This document shows, piece after piece, positions 1-12,196 of a stretch of DNA of 64,000 nt (the stretch's first letter is position 1; each line of letters opens with the position of its first letter). The notes under the pieces are model-generated. The model searched no databases. It was given only the letters and a program-made list of their open reading frames with translations, and was not told the origin of the DNA. A program made the translations under genes and the position numbers. This DNA comes from Eledone cirrhosa (taxonomy: Eukaryota): positions 17,298,001 to 17,362,000 of the forward strand of contig OZ024748.1 of the NCBI GenBank assembly GCA_964016885.1. The letters run 5' to 3'.

Positions 1-2720
1 TCCAGCAGGACTGAGAAGGTCCTGGATTGGTTTGGATGGAGGTCAACCAGGGAGGGGTTCCTCCAGCAGGACTGAGAAGGTCCTGGATTGGTTTGGATGG
101 AGGTCAACCAGGGAGGGGTTCCTCCAGCAGGACTGAGAAGGTCCTGGATTTGATTGGATGGAGGTCAACCAGGTAAGGGATCCTCCAACAGGACTGAGAA
201 GGTCCTGGATTGGTTTGGATGGAGGTCAACCAGAGAGGGGTTTCCTCCAACAGGACTGAGAAGGTCCTGGATTTGATTGGATGGAGGTCAACCAGAGAGG
301 GTTTCCTCCAACAGGAGTGAGAAGTCGCTGGATTGGTTTGGATGGAGGTCAACCAGGAAAGTATTCCTCCAACAGGACTGAGAAGGTCCTGGATTGGTTT
401 GGATGGAGGTCAACCAGAGAGGGGTTTCCTCCAACAGGAGTGAGAAGGTCCTGGATTTGATTGGATGGAGGTCAACCAGAGAGGGTTTCCTCCAACAGGA
501 CTGAGAAGGTCCTGGATTTGATTGGATGGAGGTCAACCAGAGAGGGTTTCCTCCAACATGACTGAGAAGGTCCTGGATTGGATTGGATGGAGGTCAACCA
601 GAGAGTGTTTCCTCCAACAGGACTGAGAAGGTCCTGGATTTGATTGGATGGAGGTCAACCAGAGAGGGGTTCCTCCAACAGGACTGAGAAGGGATTGGTT
701 TGGATGGAGGTCAACCAGAGAGGGGTTTCCTCCAACAGGACTGAGAAGGTCCTGGATTTGATTGGATGGAGGTCAACCAGAGAGGGTTTCCTCCAACAGG
801 ACTGAGAAGGTCCTGGATTGGATTGGATGGAGGTCAACCAGAGAGGGTTTCCTCCAACAGGACTGAGAAGGTCCTGGATTTGATTGGATGGAGGTCAACC
901 AGAGAGGGGTTTCCTCCAACAGGACTGAGAAGGTCCTGGATTGGTTTGGATGGAGGTCAACCAGGGAGGTATTCCTCCAACAGGACTGAGAAGGTCCTGG
1001 ATTGGTTTGGATGGAGGTCAACCAGAGAGGGGTTTCCTCCAACAGGACTGAGAAGGTCCTCGATTGGTTTGGATGGAGGTCAACCAGGGAGGTATTCCTC
1101 CAACAGGACTGAGAAGGTCCTGGATTGGTTTGGATGGAGGTCAACCAGAGAGGGGTTTCCTCCAACAGGACTGAGAAGGTCCTGGATTGGTTTGGATGGA
1201 GGTCAACCAGAGAGGGGTCTCCTCCAACAGGACTGAGAAGCTCCTGGATGTGTTTGGATGAAGGTCAACCAGGGAGGTATTCCTCCAACAGGACTGAGAA
1301 GATCCTGGATTGGTTTGGATGGAGGTCAACCAGGGAGGTATTCCTCCAACAGGACTGAGAAGGTCCTGGATTGGTTTGGATGGAGGTCAACCAGAGAGGG
1401 GTTCCTCCAACACGACTGAGAAGGTCCTGGATTGGTTTGGATGGAGGTCAACCAGGGAGGTATTCCTCCAACAGGAGGGAGAAGGTCCTGGATTGGTTTG
1501 GATGGAGGTCAACCAGAGAGGGGTTTCCTCCAACAGGACTGAGAAGGTCCTGGATTGGTTTGGATGGAGGTCAACCAGAGAGGGGTTCCTCCAACAGGAC
1601 TGAGAAGGTCCTGGATTGGTTTGGATGGAGGTCAACCAGGGAGGTATTCCTCCAACAGGAGGGAGAAGGTCCTGGATTGGTTTGGATGGAAGTCAACCAG
1701 GGAGGTATTCCTCCAACAGGAGGGAGAAGGTCCTGGATTGGTTTGGATGGAGGTGAACCAGGGAGGTATTCCTCCAACAGGAGGGAGAAGGTCCTGGATT
1801 GGTTTGGATGGAGGTCAACCAGGGAGGTATTCCTCCAACAGGAGTGAGAAGCCCTGGATTGGTTTGGATGGAGGTCAACCAGGGAGGTATTCCTCCAACA
1901 GGAGGGAGAAGCCCTGGATTGGTTTGGATGGAGGTCAACCAGGGAGGTATTCCTCCAACAGGAGGGAGAAGGTCCTGGATTGGTTTGGATGGAGGTGAAC
2001 CAGGGAGGTATTCCTCCAACAGGAGGGAGAAGGTCCTGGATTGGTTTGGATGGATGTCAACCAGGGAGGTATTCCTCCAACAGGAGTGAGAAGCCCTGGA
2101 TTGGTTTGGATGGAGGTCAACCAGGGAGGTATTCCTCCAACAGGAGTGAGAAGCCCTGGATTGGTTTGGATGGAGGTCAACCAGGGAGGTATTCCTCCAA
2201 CAGGAGTGAGAAGCCCTGGATTGGTTTGGATGGAGGTCAACCAGGGAGGTATTCCTCCAACAGGAGTGAGAAGCCCTGGATTGGTTTGGATGGAGGTCAA
2301 CCAGGGAGGTATTCCTCCAACAGGAGGGAGAAGCCCTGGATTGGTTTGGATGGAGGTCAACCAGGGAGGTATTCCTCCAACAGGAGTGAGAAGCCCTGGA
2401 TTGGTTTGGATGGAGGTCAACCAGGGAGGTATTCCTCCAACAGGAGGGAGAAGCCCTGGATTGGTTTGGATGGAGGTCAACCAGGGAGATATTCCTCCAA
2501 CAGGAGTGAGAAGGTGCTGGATTGGTTTGGATGGAGGTCAACCAGGGAGGGGTTCTTCCAACAGGACTGAGAAGGTCTTGGATTTGATTGGATGGAGGTC
2601 AACCAGGGAAGGGATTCTCCAACAGGAGTGAGATGGCCCTGGATTGGTTTGGATGGAGGTCAACCTGGGAGGGGTTCCTCCATCAAGAGGGAGAAGGCCC
2701 TGGATTTGATTGGATGGAGG
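1..2720. repeat. Tandem satellite array, 60-62 bp monomer (about 44 units, open at window start)
   Basis: Monomer GGACTGAGAAGGTCCTGGATTGGTTTGGATGGAGGTCAACCAGGGAGGGGTTCCTCCAACA repeated head-to-tail. Variant blocks occur, e.g. near-identical 60-mers at 2041-2500. Units degenerate at the right edge. Confidence 0.97.
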
Positions 2721-3514
2721 TAATATATATTCAAACAGGATTGAATGAGAGGTAATACATACATAACCTGTCATAAATGTAGATAGTTCACCTTTCTATT
2801 ATAGAAAGAAATGTTGCTGTAATACCCAACATGAACATGTTATTGAAATTACACATACACATGTGTGTGTGTGTATGTAAGTATGTAGGTATGTGTATGT
2901 ATGTATGTATGTATGCAGGTAGGTAAGTGTATGTAGGTATGTATATGTTGGTATGTGTATGTATGTACGTATATGTAGGTATATGTATGCATGCATTCTT
3001 ATGTATGTATAAATAAATATGATGTTACCATAAAAGTATGCATACATATTTACATATATATATATTTGTGTCTGTCTGCATGTGTGTGTGTGTGTGTGTG
3101 TGTGTGTGCTCATATATATACATATACACACACATATATATATATATATAAATATATATACACACACATATATATATATATAAATATATATACATACATA
3201 TATATATATATATACACACATATAGACATATCTAAAAATTGCAGACACTGATTTCCATATATAAAACCCTTTGTTTGGCGGAGACCAAAGTCAGCAATAG
3301 ATTTTCTAAGAATAGCAGATATAATGTTTATTTCAAGAGTAACAGGAAGTTGTACAGAATCTTTCTCCTTCTGTTGTTTTAATACTTAACACCCTGTAGT
3401 AGACTAAACCATTTTGTTACTGGATTTCTAATGATATATATGGCTTATGATATACAAGTTAATCACAAATTTGGAGTGAGTTAGTCATATAACTAGATTT
3501 CTCATTACTTAGCT

Positions 3515-4440
3515 GGCTTCTGGAATATAACATAACAAAGCTTCTTGCATAAACTTATGATGGAAAGTTTTTCGATAAATATAAACACTTTCATCCTTTT
3601 ATTACCATATTTCTAAGTTGATGTCTGGAACATAACTTAAAATATATGATTATGATAGAAGGTTTTTTGATAAATATTAACACTTTCATCCTTTCGTAAC
3701 CATATTTCTAAGTTGATGTCTGGAACATAACATAACAAAGGTTCTTGCATAAAATTTTGATGGAAAGTTTTTTTGATAAATATAAACACTTTCACCCTTT
3801 CATGACCATATTTCTAAGTTTGAAACATGACATAACAAAGCTTCTTACATAAAATTTTGATGGAAAGCTGGAAGGTCTTTTGGTAATTTACCTTTTAGCA
3901 TTTACTTTATTCTATATTTACTATTACAAAAATAGTAAAGGCTTTATCTTACATAATTATCTCACATAATATCGAATCTACGAGATTTTGATGCTATTTA
4001 TTTTGAGAACAATACCTTAACATCAGTATGAGTGACTGGTTACAGCCAGCTTGAACAGAAAGAGGTGAGAGAATTCTGGCCGGATATGGCCGGTTTAAAT
4101 GCTAAAGGGTTAACCTTCTCATGACCATATTTCTAAGTAGGTGTTTCGAACATATAACAAAGGTTCTTGGATAAAATTATGATGGAAGGTTTTTAGATGG
4201 ATATAAACTCTTTAATCTTTTCATTACCACCTTTCTAATGAAAGGCGCTGTCTATGGTTTTGAAATAATTTTGAAAATAATCAAGAATTTGGACTGATTT
4301 AGTAATATAACTAACTTTTTCATTATTAAGTTGGTGTTTTGAACATAACACAATAAAAGGTTCCTGCATAAAATTAGGATGGAGGATTTTTAGATAAATA
4401 TAAACACCTTAACACTCATTACCATATTTCTAATGCAATA
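3515..4440. repeat. Degenerate about 100-120 bp tandem repeats of a MITE-like sequence, interrupted by a piggyBac-type MITE
   Basis: Recurrent block GGAACATAACATAACAAAGGTTCTTGCATAAAATT.TGATGGAAGGTTTTT.GATAAATATAAACACTTT..CCTTTC.TTACCATATTTCTAA. Confidence 0.7.
3891..4109 (+). mobile_element. piggyBac-type MITE (about 215 bp family)
   Basis: TIRs CCTTTTAGCATTTA / TAAATGCTAAAGGG; TTAA on the right, TTTA on the left; homologous to 12004-12196, 13749-13966 and 36520-36927. Confidence 0.8.
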
Positions 4441-5304
4441 CTCTGCCTATCTCTTTCAAATCATTTCTGATTTAGGCACAAGGCCAACAATTTTGGGTGA
4501 AGGGGAAAGTCGATTAAATTGACCCCAGTGCATTACTGGTGCTTTATTTTATTGACCCTATAAGGATAAATGGCAAAGCTAACTTCAGCATAAAATGAAA
4601 ACCTTAATTATATTACTAAATCCCTCTAAATTCTTGATTATTTTAAAGATTATTTGAAAGTTATATAATTGTGTATTAGAAATATGGCAATGAAAGTGTT
4701 AAAGTGTTAACTAACATTTTATTTTGCACTGTTGACTTTTTGGGGGTTTTACTACATTTGAGGAGAAGAATCTAAAGGAATTTCTAGGTTTAGGGATTTT
4801 ATTTTTAATATTTTACCACTCTATGGACATTCTCTAAGTCTAAGCACATTTAAAATCATTTCTAAACATCATAGAGTTTTCATATATTTTTTTTTTTGTA
4901 TAACGACACTGAAGATATGTAATGACTGTTTTTTCCCTTACTTCTTCCATTTATAAGAATAGGATTATCAAATTACCTAATCTTTATCTAAGCTATGTTA
5001 GATACTCAAGTAAAGATTAGTTATATTCCAAATTCATCTTTAGTTTTAGGCAAATTCTTGTGTATCTCACAAAAAAATATTAATGTCCATGTACCTAATG
5101 TACATTCTAGGTTTTTATACAATTAAGACATTATTTTCTATACTAACCATGTAAATACCATGTATGAGTTGTAGATCTAAGCAAATAATACAGTGCCATC
5201 CTATACTCTAAAGGATGAAAAGTAAAGTTGACCCCTTCACTTCGACAGGATTTGAACTCAGAACTCAGTGAGGTTTTATTTGAAATACCACACTCACTAC
5301 CCAC

Positions 5305-5760
5305 TACCAACCTTTACCTATGGTCACGAATCTTGGGTAATGACTGAAAGAATATGATCGCCAATACAAGTGGCTGAAATGGGGTTCCTCTGAAAGGTTT
5401 TTGGAGTAACGTTACTTGATAGAGTGCTTAGCTCGGAGATCAGAGAGTCGCTTCAGGTAGAGCTGCTACTTCTCCGAATTGAGAGATCACAACTCCAATA
5501 TTATGGACATATGGTTAGAATGTCTCAGGAAAGGATTGCTGGACAGATTTTACAGATAAAACCAACCAGTGGCAGGAGACCCAAGGGGTAGACCCTGAGC
5601 AAGATTACATGTTTGAGCTCGATTGGTCTCACTTGGGGATCCAGCTGGATCAGTTGGAAACAGTTGCTCCTGACAGAACCCGGTGGAAGGAGTGTTTGGG
5701 GACTCTGCCCCATGACCCTCACAAGAATAAGTGGGAGAAGACGAAGAAGAAGAAGAAGAC
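5305..5760 (+). pseudogene. 5'-truncated RTE-clade LINE, C-terminal ORF remnant with (GAA)n tail
   Basis: Translates PTFTYGHESWVMTERI*SPIQVAEMGFL*KVFGVTLLDRVLSSEIRESLQVELLLLRIERSQLQYYGHMVRM, the typical post-RT region of RTE elements; in-frame stops; ends GAAGAAGAAGAAG. Confidence 0.88.
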
Positions 5761-6169
5761 ATCCACTATCCACTCTTTGTGTTTGGAAGAATAGATCTTA
5801 CTTTTGTCCAACTACAATGTAAAGCTTCTCCTCACCGATCTCATTCACACTGCAATTGTCACCATATTTATGACAGAACAGGAAACTATAAAATCAGCAT
5901 TTCCCAGAATCCTTTGTAAATTAAGAATGTTGAAGCATCCTTCAACTCCATTGTAGCACTGAAGGAGTCAGCAAGAGATATAAAGATGGAGGAAAGAAGA
6001 TGATGATGACAACCAACAACAACAACAACTACCACTGCTAGCAGAAGCACCACCAACAACTACTACTACCACTGCTAGCAGAAGCACAAACAACAATAAC
6101 AACACCAACAAAACCATCACCACTTCAACAACAACAACAACACCTACTAAATATAACAATGAAATATGG

Positions 6170-6862
6170 CAATAATACCACTACCACCACCAACAACAAC
6201 AATAGCAACACCACCACCAACAACAACAACACTAAAACCACTACCACCACCAACAACAACAACAACAACACTAAAACCACCACCACCACCACCACCAACA
6301 CCACCACCAACAACAACAACACTAAAAGCACCAACACCACCACCAACACTAAAACCACCAACACCACCACCAACACTAAAACCACCAACACCACCACCAA
6401 CACTAAAACCACCACCACCAACACTAAAACCACCACCACCAACACTAAAACCACCACCACCAACACTAAAACCACCACCAACAACACTAAAACCACCACC
6501 AACAACACTAAAACCACCACCAACAACACTAAAACCACCACCAACAACACTAAAACCACCACCAACAACACTAAAACCACCACCAACAACACTAAAACCA
6601 CCACCAACAACACTAAAACCACCACCAACAACACTAAAACCACCACCAACAACACTAAAACCACCACCAACAACACTAAAACCACCACCAACAACACTAA
6701 AACCACCACCAACAACACTAAAACCACCACCAACAACACTAAAACCACCACCAACAACACTAAAACCACCACCAACAACACTAAAACCACCACCAACAAC
6801 ACTAAAACCACCACCAACAACAACAACAACACTAAAACCACCAACACCAACAACAACAACAT
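6170..6862. repeat. ACC/AAC microsatellite with a 21-bp higher-order minisatellite core
   Basis: (AACAACACTAAAACCACCACC)n perfect from about 6480 to 6800, flanked by less regular ACC/AAC runs. Confidence 0.95.
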
Positions 6863-7684
6863 ATAACAATATTATTATTCTACCATCTTAACTTTCTGGT
6901 GTAACATAAAGAAAAAAAAAAAGAAAAAAGAAGAAAAGAAAAGGCAAATAAAAGAAATATATAACAGATAATAAAAAACCTGAAAAAGCTTATTCTTCTC
7001 TTTAATAATGCAGTTACCTAATATAAAAGTTTTCTATTTGTTATAGATCTCTTAATCTTTTACCAATATAGCTTCTTGATTCTGCAGCAATATTTCCGGA
7101 ATGAAGCTTTAGTGAAATACATTTCCTGTTATAACTTCTATCATATTGCAATCTTTGATTAATTTCTACGAAATACTGACATTTCAGTTAAAGACTTTTT
7201 CTAAGTTTAGCTACTTTAAAGAAGAATGTAAAGTCATAATCTATGTGAAATATCTTGTCTAGTGGAGTACAATGCAGCTTAGTTTTAGGTACGATACTAC
7301 CTTGCGTTGTTTCTTAACTTAGAGAAATAAAACTGATATGAACTTAGCCTTTTTCATACAAGCTTTGTCCCAAAAGTAAGGGTATTGATGTTTTATTTGA
7401 ATGTATTTTAGACAGATGTACGATTCTCGATAGAGTGACAACTACATAAGCTTGTTCATCATCATCATGTTGTGTTAAAGAATTAAGTTTCGGTGACAAA
7501 TTTGTTGCGTTTCAACAAAATTTTATTGTGTACCATTGAAACCTTTGAGTCACTTTAAAACCTTGCTTCTTGATACCGTGGCACCTCCAAAAGCTTGCAT
7601 TAAAGAATTAAATGTTTTGGTGGCATATTTGTTGAGTTTCACACAGTTTCACAACGCCCCCTGCTGGTATCCAGTAGAAGCAGG

Positions 7685-7730
7685 GATCATCCTGACGATG
7701 GCCAATCAAGCCTGAAATGCATAGAGGGTT
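7685..7730 (+). ncRNA. Minimal type-I hammerhead ribozyme motif (family A) at the apex of a long inverted repeat (7653-7770)
   Basis: GATCATC-CTGACGA-T-GGC caatcaa GCC-T-GAAA-TGCA-TA-GAGGGTT; palindromic stem III ATGCAT; stem I has wobbles and one mismatch. Confidence 0.65.
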
Positions 7731-8104
7731 GTACCCCCCTTGCTTCTACTGGATACCACCAGGGCGCGTTAGCCCTCCCCCGTGTTTACATAGCTACGGC
7801 TTCCTAAAAACTTCAATACATATTGTATAAAGCTATGCTCGAATCGAAATTTTCTTTTTTAACTTAATAATTGTTTCTACTTTTGGCACAAGGCCAGCAA
7901 TTATCACAGTTTATTACTGGTACTTTATTTTATCAACCCCATAAAGATGAAAGGCAAAGTTAACCTTGGCAGGATTTGAACTCAAATCATAAAGGGCCGT
8001 AATAATAAGTCATTTACTAAATCCTTCCAAATCTTTATTTTCAAAATTATTTGAGAACCATAGACTGTATTTAATTAGAAATATGGATACAAAAGCTGTT
8101 AAAA

Positions 8105-8790
8105 TCTTTCTCTTATTCTTATATTTTTCTTTACTAGTTTCAATCTTTGGATTGTGGCCATGCTGGGACACTGCTTTAAACAGTCTTCCTTTTTCTCTTT
8201 TATCCTTCAACTGGCTTCAGTCATTGGACTATGGCCATGCTATGGCACTGCATAAAAAAGTGTCTCTTTTCCTCTTTTATCCTTCTATTGGTTTCAGCCA
8301 TTAGGCTGTGGTCATACTGGATCGTTGCTTAAATGGGTGTCTTTTTCTTATTTTATTCTTTCACTGGTTTCAGTCATTGGACTGTGGCCATACTGGGGCA
8401 CTGTCTAAAGGGTTTCTTTTTTATTTATTTTATTCTTTCACTGGTTTCAGTCATTGGACTGTGGCCATACTGGGGCACTGTCTAAAGGGTTTCTTTTTTA
8501 TTTATTTTATTCTTTCACTGGTTTTAATAATTGGACTGTGGCCATGCTGGGGCACTGCCTAAAAGTGTCTCTTTTTCTCTTTTATCCTTCAATTAGTTTC
8601 AGTGATTTGACTATGGCCATACTGGGGCACTGCCTAAAATGGTGTCTTTTTTTTTTCACTGGTTTTAATCATTGGACTATGGCCATGCTGGGGCACTGCC
8701 TTAGAGAGTTTCTTTTTTACTCTTTTATCCTTCAACTGGTGTCAATCATTAAACTGTGGCCATGCTGGGGCACTGCCTTAAAGAGTTAGT
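8105..8790 (-). repeat. Minisatellite of about 11 units (60-65 bp) built from a SINE-tail-like dispersed repeat
   Basis: Unit TTTTATTCTTTCACTGGTTTCAGTCATTGGACTGTGGCCATGCTGGGGCACTGCCTTAAAG; single copies in opposite orientation at about 11750, 25908-25968 and 32005-32055. Confidence 0.85.
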
Positions 8791-9039
8791 CAATCATAGA
8801 CCACATTACTTATTGATCCCTATTTGTCAATCCTCCACTGTACATCATAGAACCAGGAGCAGTTTCAGGGGTTTTGGTATGGAAGGGGTTAAAAAGAGTA
8901 TATAGTATATGATGATAGGCTTCTTATTTCTAATTGTATTAATTCAATGAAAGAAAGACATAAAAATTAATTTTTAATTAAGAATCTTGATTTACGTGAT
9001 TTACAGGAGAAATTCAATACAGGAAGGTATCATCATAAA

Positions 9040-9576
9040 AGATGGTGTTATGGTGGTGGTATGGTGGTGGTGGTATGGTTGAGGTGGTGGTGTGGTGGTG
9101 ACAGTGATGATGGTGGTCATGGTGTTGGGGGTAGTGGTGGTCATGGTGTTGGTGGTAGTGGTGGTGGTTGTATGATGGTGGTGGTGAAGGAGGTATGGTA
9201 GTGCTTGTGGTAGTGGTAGTGGTGGGGGTGGTAGTATGGTTGAAGTGGTAGTGGTAGTGGTGGGGGTATGGTTGAGGCGGTGGTTGTGATGGTGTTGGTG
9301 GTGATAGTTGTGGTGGTGACAGTGGTAATCGTGGTGGTGGTGGTGGTGGTCCTGGTGGCAGTGACGATGGTGGTGGTGACGATGGTGGTGTGCGAGGGGT
9401 GTGGGGGAGAACAGAGCAATGAAGCATTTTCTTTGAACTGTTATATTAAACAGGTGGGGGTGTAGGGGAGGGGAGGAATGATTGATGATGTGATTGTGTC
9501 TGTGAGGTGGGAGGGGGGGGGATAATAGATAGTTTAATAAAGATGGGGAAGAAAGTGATAGATGCATTACATAGAT

Positions 9577-9619
<43 letters not shown>

Positions 9620-9945
9620 TTGGAATAATAGTTTAATAAAGATAGATAGATAGATAGATAAGCAGAGAGAGAGAGAGTGAAGAATGAAGGTTGTTATAGA
9701 GATAGAGAGAGAGAGGGGGGGAGCTAGATAGATAGAGCAAGAGGGGGCGAGAGATAGTGTAAAAGAGAGAGTGATGGAAAAAAGGATAGATACATAGGTA
9801 GTGTAAGAGAGAGAGAGGGAGGGGGAGAAAGATAGATAGAAAGAAAGTGTAAAAGAGAGGCTGAGAAAAAGATAGATATAGAGGTAGAGAGTAAGAGACA
9901 AAAAATAGGGGGAGGGAGGGAGGGAGAAGGATAGATATATAGAGA
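9040..9945. repeat. Degenerate (GGT)n tract followed by (GA)n/(GATA)n purine-rich low-complexity tract
   Basis: Direct inspection. Confidence 0.9.
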
Positions 9946-9954
9946 GATTGGAAG

Positions 9955-10385
9955 GGGTGGAGGACCGGGGGTGGAGGACTGTGGTGGAGGAACAGGGGTG
10001 GAGGACCGGGGGTGGAGGACCGGGGTGGAGGACTGGGGGTGGAGGACTGTGGTGAAGGACCAGGGGTGGAGGACTGTGGTGGAGGACCGGGGGTGGAGGA
10101 CTGTGGTGGAGGACCAGGAGTGGAGGACCGGGGGTGGAGGACTGTGGTGGAGGACCGGGGTTGGAGGAACAGGGGTGGAGAACTGTGGTGGAGGACCGGG
10201 GGTGGAGGACTGTGGTGAAGGACCAGGGGTGGAGGACCGGGGGTGGAGGATTGTGGTGGAGGACTGTGGTAGAGGACCGGGGGTGGAGGACCAGGAGTGG
10301 AGGACCGGGGGTGACAGACTGTGGTGGAGGAACAGGGGTGGAGGACCGGGGGTGAAGGTCTGTGGTGGAGGACCAGGGAGGAGGG
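9955..10385. repeat. G-rich minisatellite of interspersed 13-15 bp units
   Basis: Units GGTGGAGGACCGGG and GGTGGAGGACTGT mixed in tandem. Confidence 0.92.
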
Positions 10386-10389
10386 ACAG

Positions 10390-10570
10390 TTTCATTTACT
10401 GTTAACCAATCTCTACAATATCCTTCCAGTCCCTCATTGATAATTTCCCATTCCATCTGTAACAATATCTTTTATTTTTGCTGCTCTCAATAGTTCTATA
10501 TTTGGTTCATGGTTCCTCTTCCACCAATAAATACACCAGCAGACAGTTATAAATTCTTTAACGAGCTTTC
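10390..10570 (-). pseudogene. Highly decayed RTE-like C-terminal remnant
   Basis: Minus frames give NIELLRAAKIKDIVT and EGYCR..., resembling the N.ELL.R motif region of RTE ORFs; frameshifted. Confidence 0.4.
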
Positions 10571-10614
10571 ATCACCTCCTCTATCATTTCTCTCCTTTCC
10601 GTATCACCATCTTA

Positions 10615-10900
10615 TTGTTATTTTTCTTCTTTTTCTTCTTCTTTTTCTTCTTTTTCTTCTTTTTCTTCTTCTTTTTCTTCTTTTTCTTCTTCTTCTTTTC
10701 TTCTTCTCATTTCTTCTTCTTTTTCTTTATCTTCTTTTCCTTCTTCTGTTTCTTCTTCGCATTTCTTTTTCTTCATATTTCTTTTTCTTCATCTTCTTTT
10801 CCTTCTTCTGTTTCTTCTTCTTTTCCTTCTTCTTCTGTTTCTTCTTCTCCTTCTTCTTCTCCTTCTTTTTCTTCTTCTTTCATTCTTCTTCTTCTCTAAT
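10615..10900. repeat. (CTT)n/(CTTTT)n pyrimidine tract
   Basis: Direct inspection. Confidence 0.92.
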
Positions 10901-11145
10901 ATCTTCATCACAGTTATGCTGCTGTTGCTTGCCTAAGCAGCACCACCTACAGCAGTACCAGCAGCACCACCAGGGGCACCACCACTACCACAGGCAGCAG
11001 TGAACCTAACATATATTTTCAAACAAGTTGTCAATCAGTTTCCAATACTGACCAGTTGACCAATGGAATATTGCCAAAATGAAAAACATTGGTTATTGGC
11101 CAAACTGTCAAGTGGTTGCTGCTGGATTCTTCTTTTACATAAACC

Positions 11146-11196
<51 letters not shown>

Positions 11197-11279
11197 CACA
11201 CACATATATATACACACACACATATATATACACACACACTTATATATACATACACACATATATATATATACACACACAC

Positions 11280-11315
<36 letters not shown>

Positions 11316-12003
11316 GTATATACACACACATATATATATATATATATACACACATATATATACACACATATATATACACACACACACTCACATACACACA
11401 CATTCACTCACACATATACATGATGATGATGATACACACACTCACACATACACACATATATAAATATACATATATGTATATATGTGGATGTATAAACTTC
11501 ATTTTGAAATATTATCACACACAGGATATATTCTAAATTTACATCATTTGAAGATCTTATCTACCAAATAACCAAATCAAGATGCCTGGCACTGACATCA
11601 GCACCAGTATTGGTACCAGTGCTGGTACCAATGTCATAGATCTATATCAGTGAATATTTCATGAATTATTCTTGTAGATCCATCAAAATATAAAGAAAAT
11701 GGATTCATTTCAAATATAATCATTCTTACAGAAATATTGCTGTAAACGTCAGTGCCCCAGCATGGCCTTGGGCAGGAACATGTAATAGAATAGAATAAAT
11801 CTTGCAGAATATTCAATAGATGTTGAGTTTGTTTCTCCATAGCAGCTACCAGCCACTTTTTTCAATCACTAGGGGTATTTTACCTGATTTTGCCTGCTTT
11901 TATTTATCGCGATCAAATGTTGTTAGAGTTATTTTCTGCATTTAAATTTCTATAAATATTTTTGGAAACACATTTTAAAATCTCTGATTCAAAGATTATT
12001 TAA

Positions 12004-12196
12004 CCCTTTCGCATTTAAACCAGCCGTATCCGACCAGAATTTTCTCACCTCTTTCAGTTCAAACTGGCCATAACTGGCCACTCTTAGTGATGTCAAGGTA
12101 TTGTTTTCAAAATCTCATAGAGTCAAAATTATGTGAGATAAAGCCTTTACCATGAAAATATAATAGTAAATATAGAGTAATGTAAATGCTAAAGGG
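12004..12196 (-). mobile_element. piggyBac-type MITE (about 215 bp family, reverse orientation)
   Basis: TTAA-CCCTTTCGCATTTA ... TAAATGCTAAAGGG-TTAA. Confidence 0.88.

Noticed and set aside
1-2720. Hammerhead in the satellite monomer (CTGAGAA)
   Set aside because: No CUGANGA followed by stem II and GAAA on either strand.
104-2774. Many overlapping ORFs in the satellite; possible CRISPR-like array
   Set aside because: ORFs are translations of the tandem unit in all frames. Units are contiguous with no unique spacers, there are no cas genes, and the context is eukaryotic.
6125-6891. Extensin- or mucin-like CDS
   Set aside because: Open on both strands because of triplet-based repeats; no signal peptide or splice evidence.
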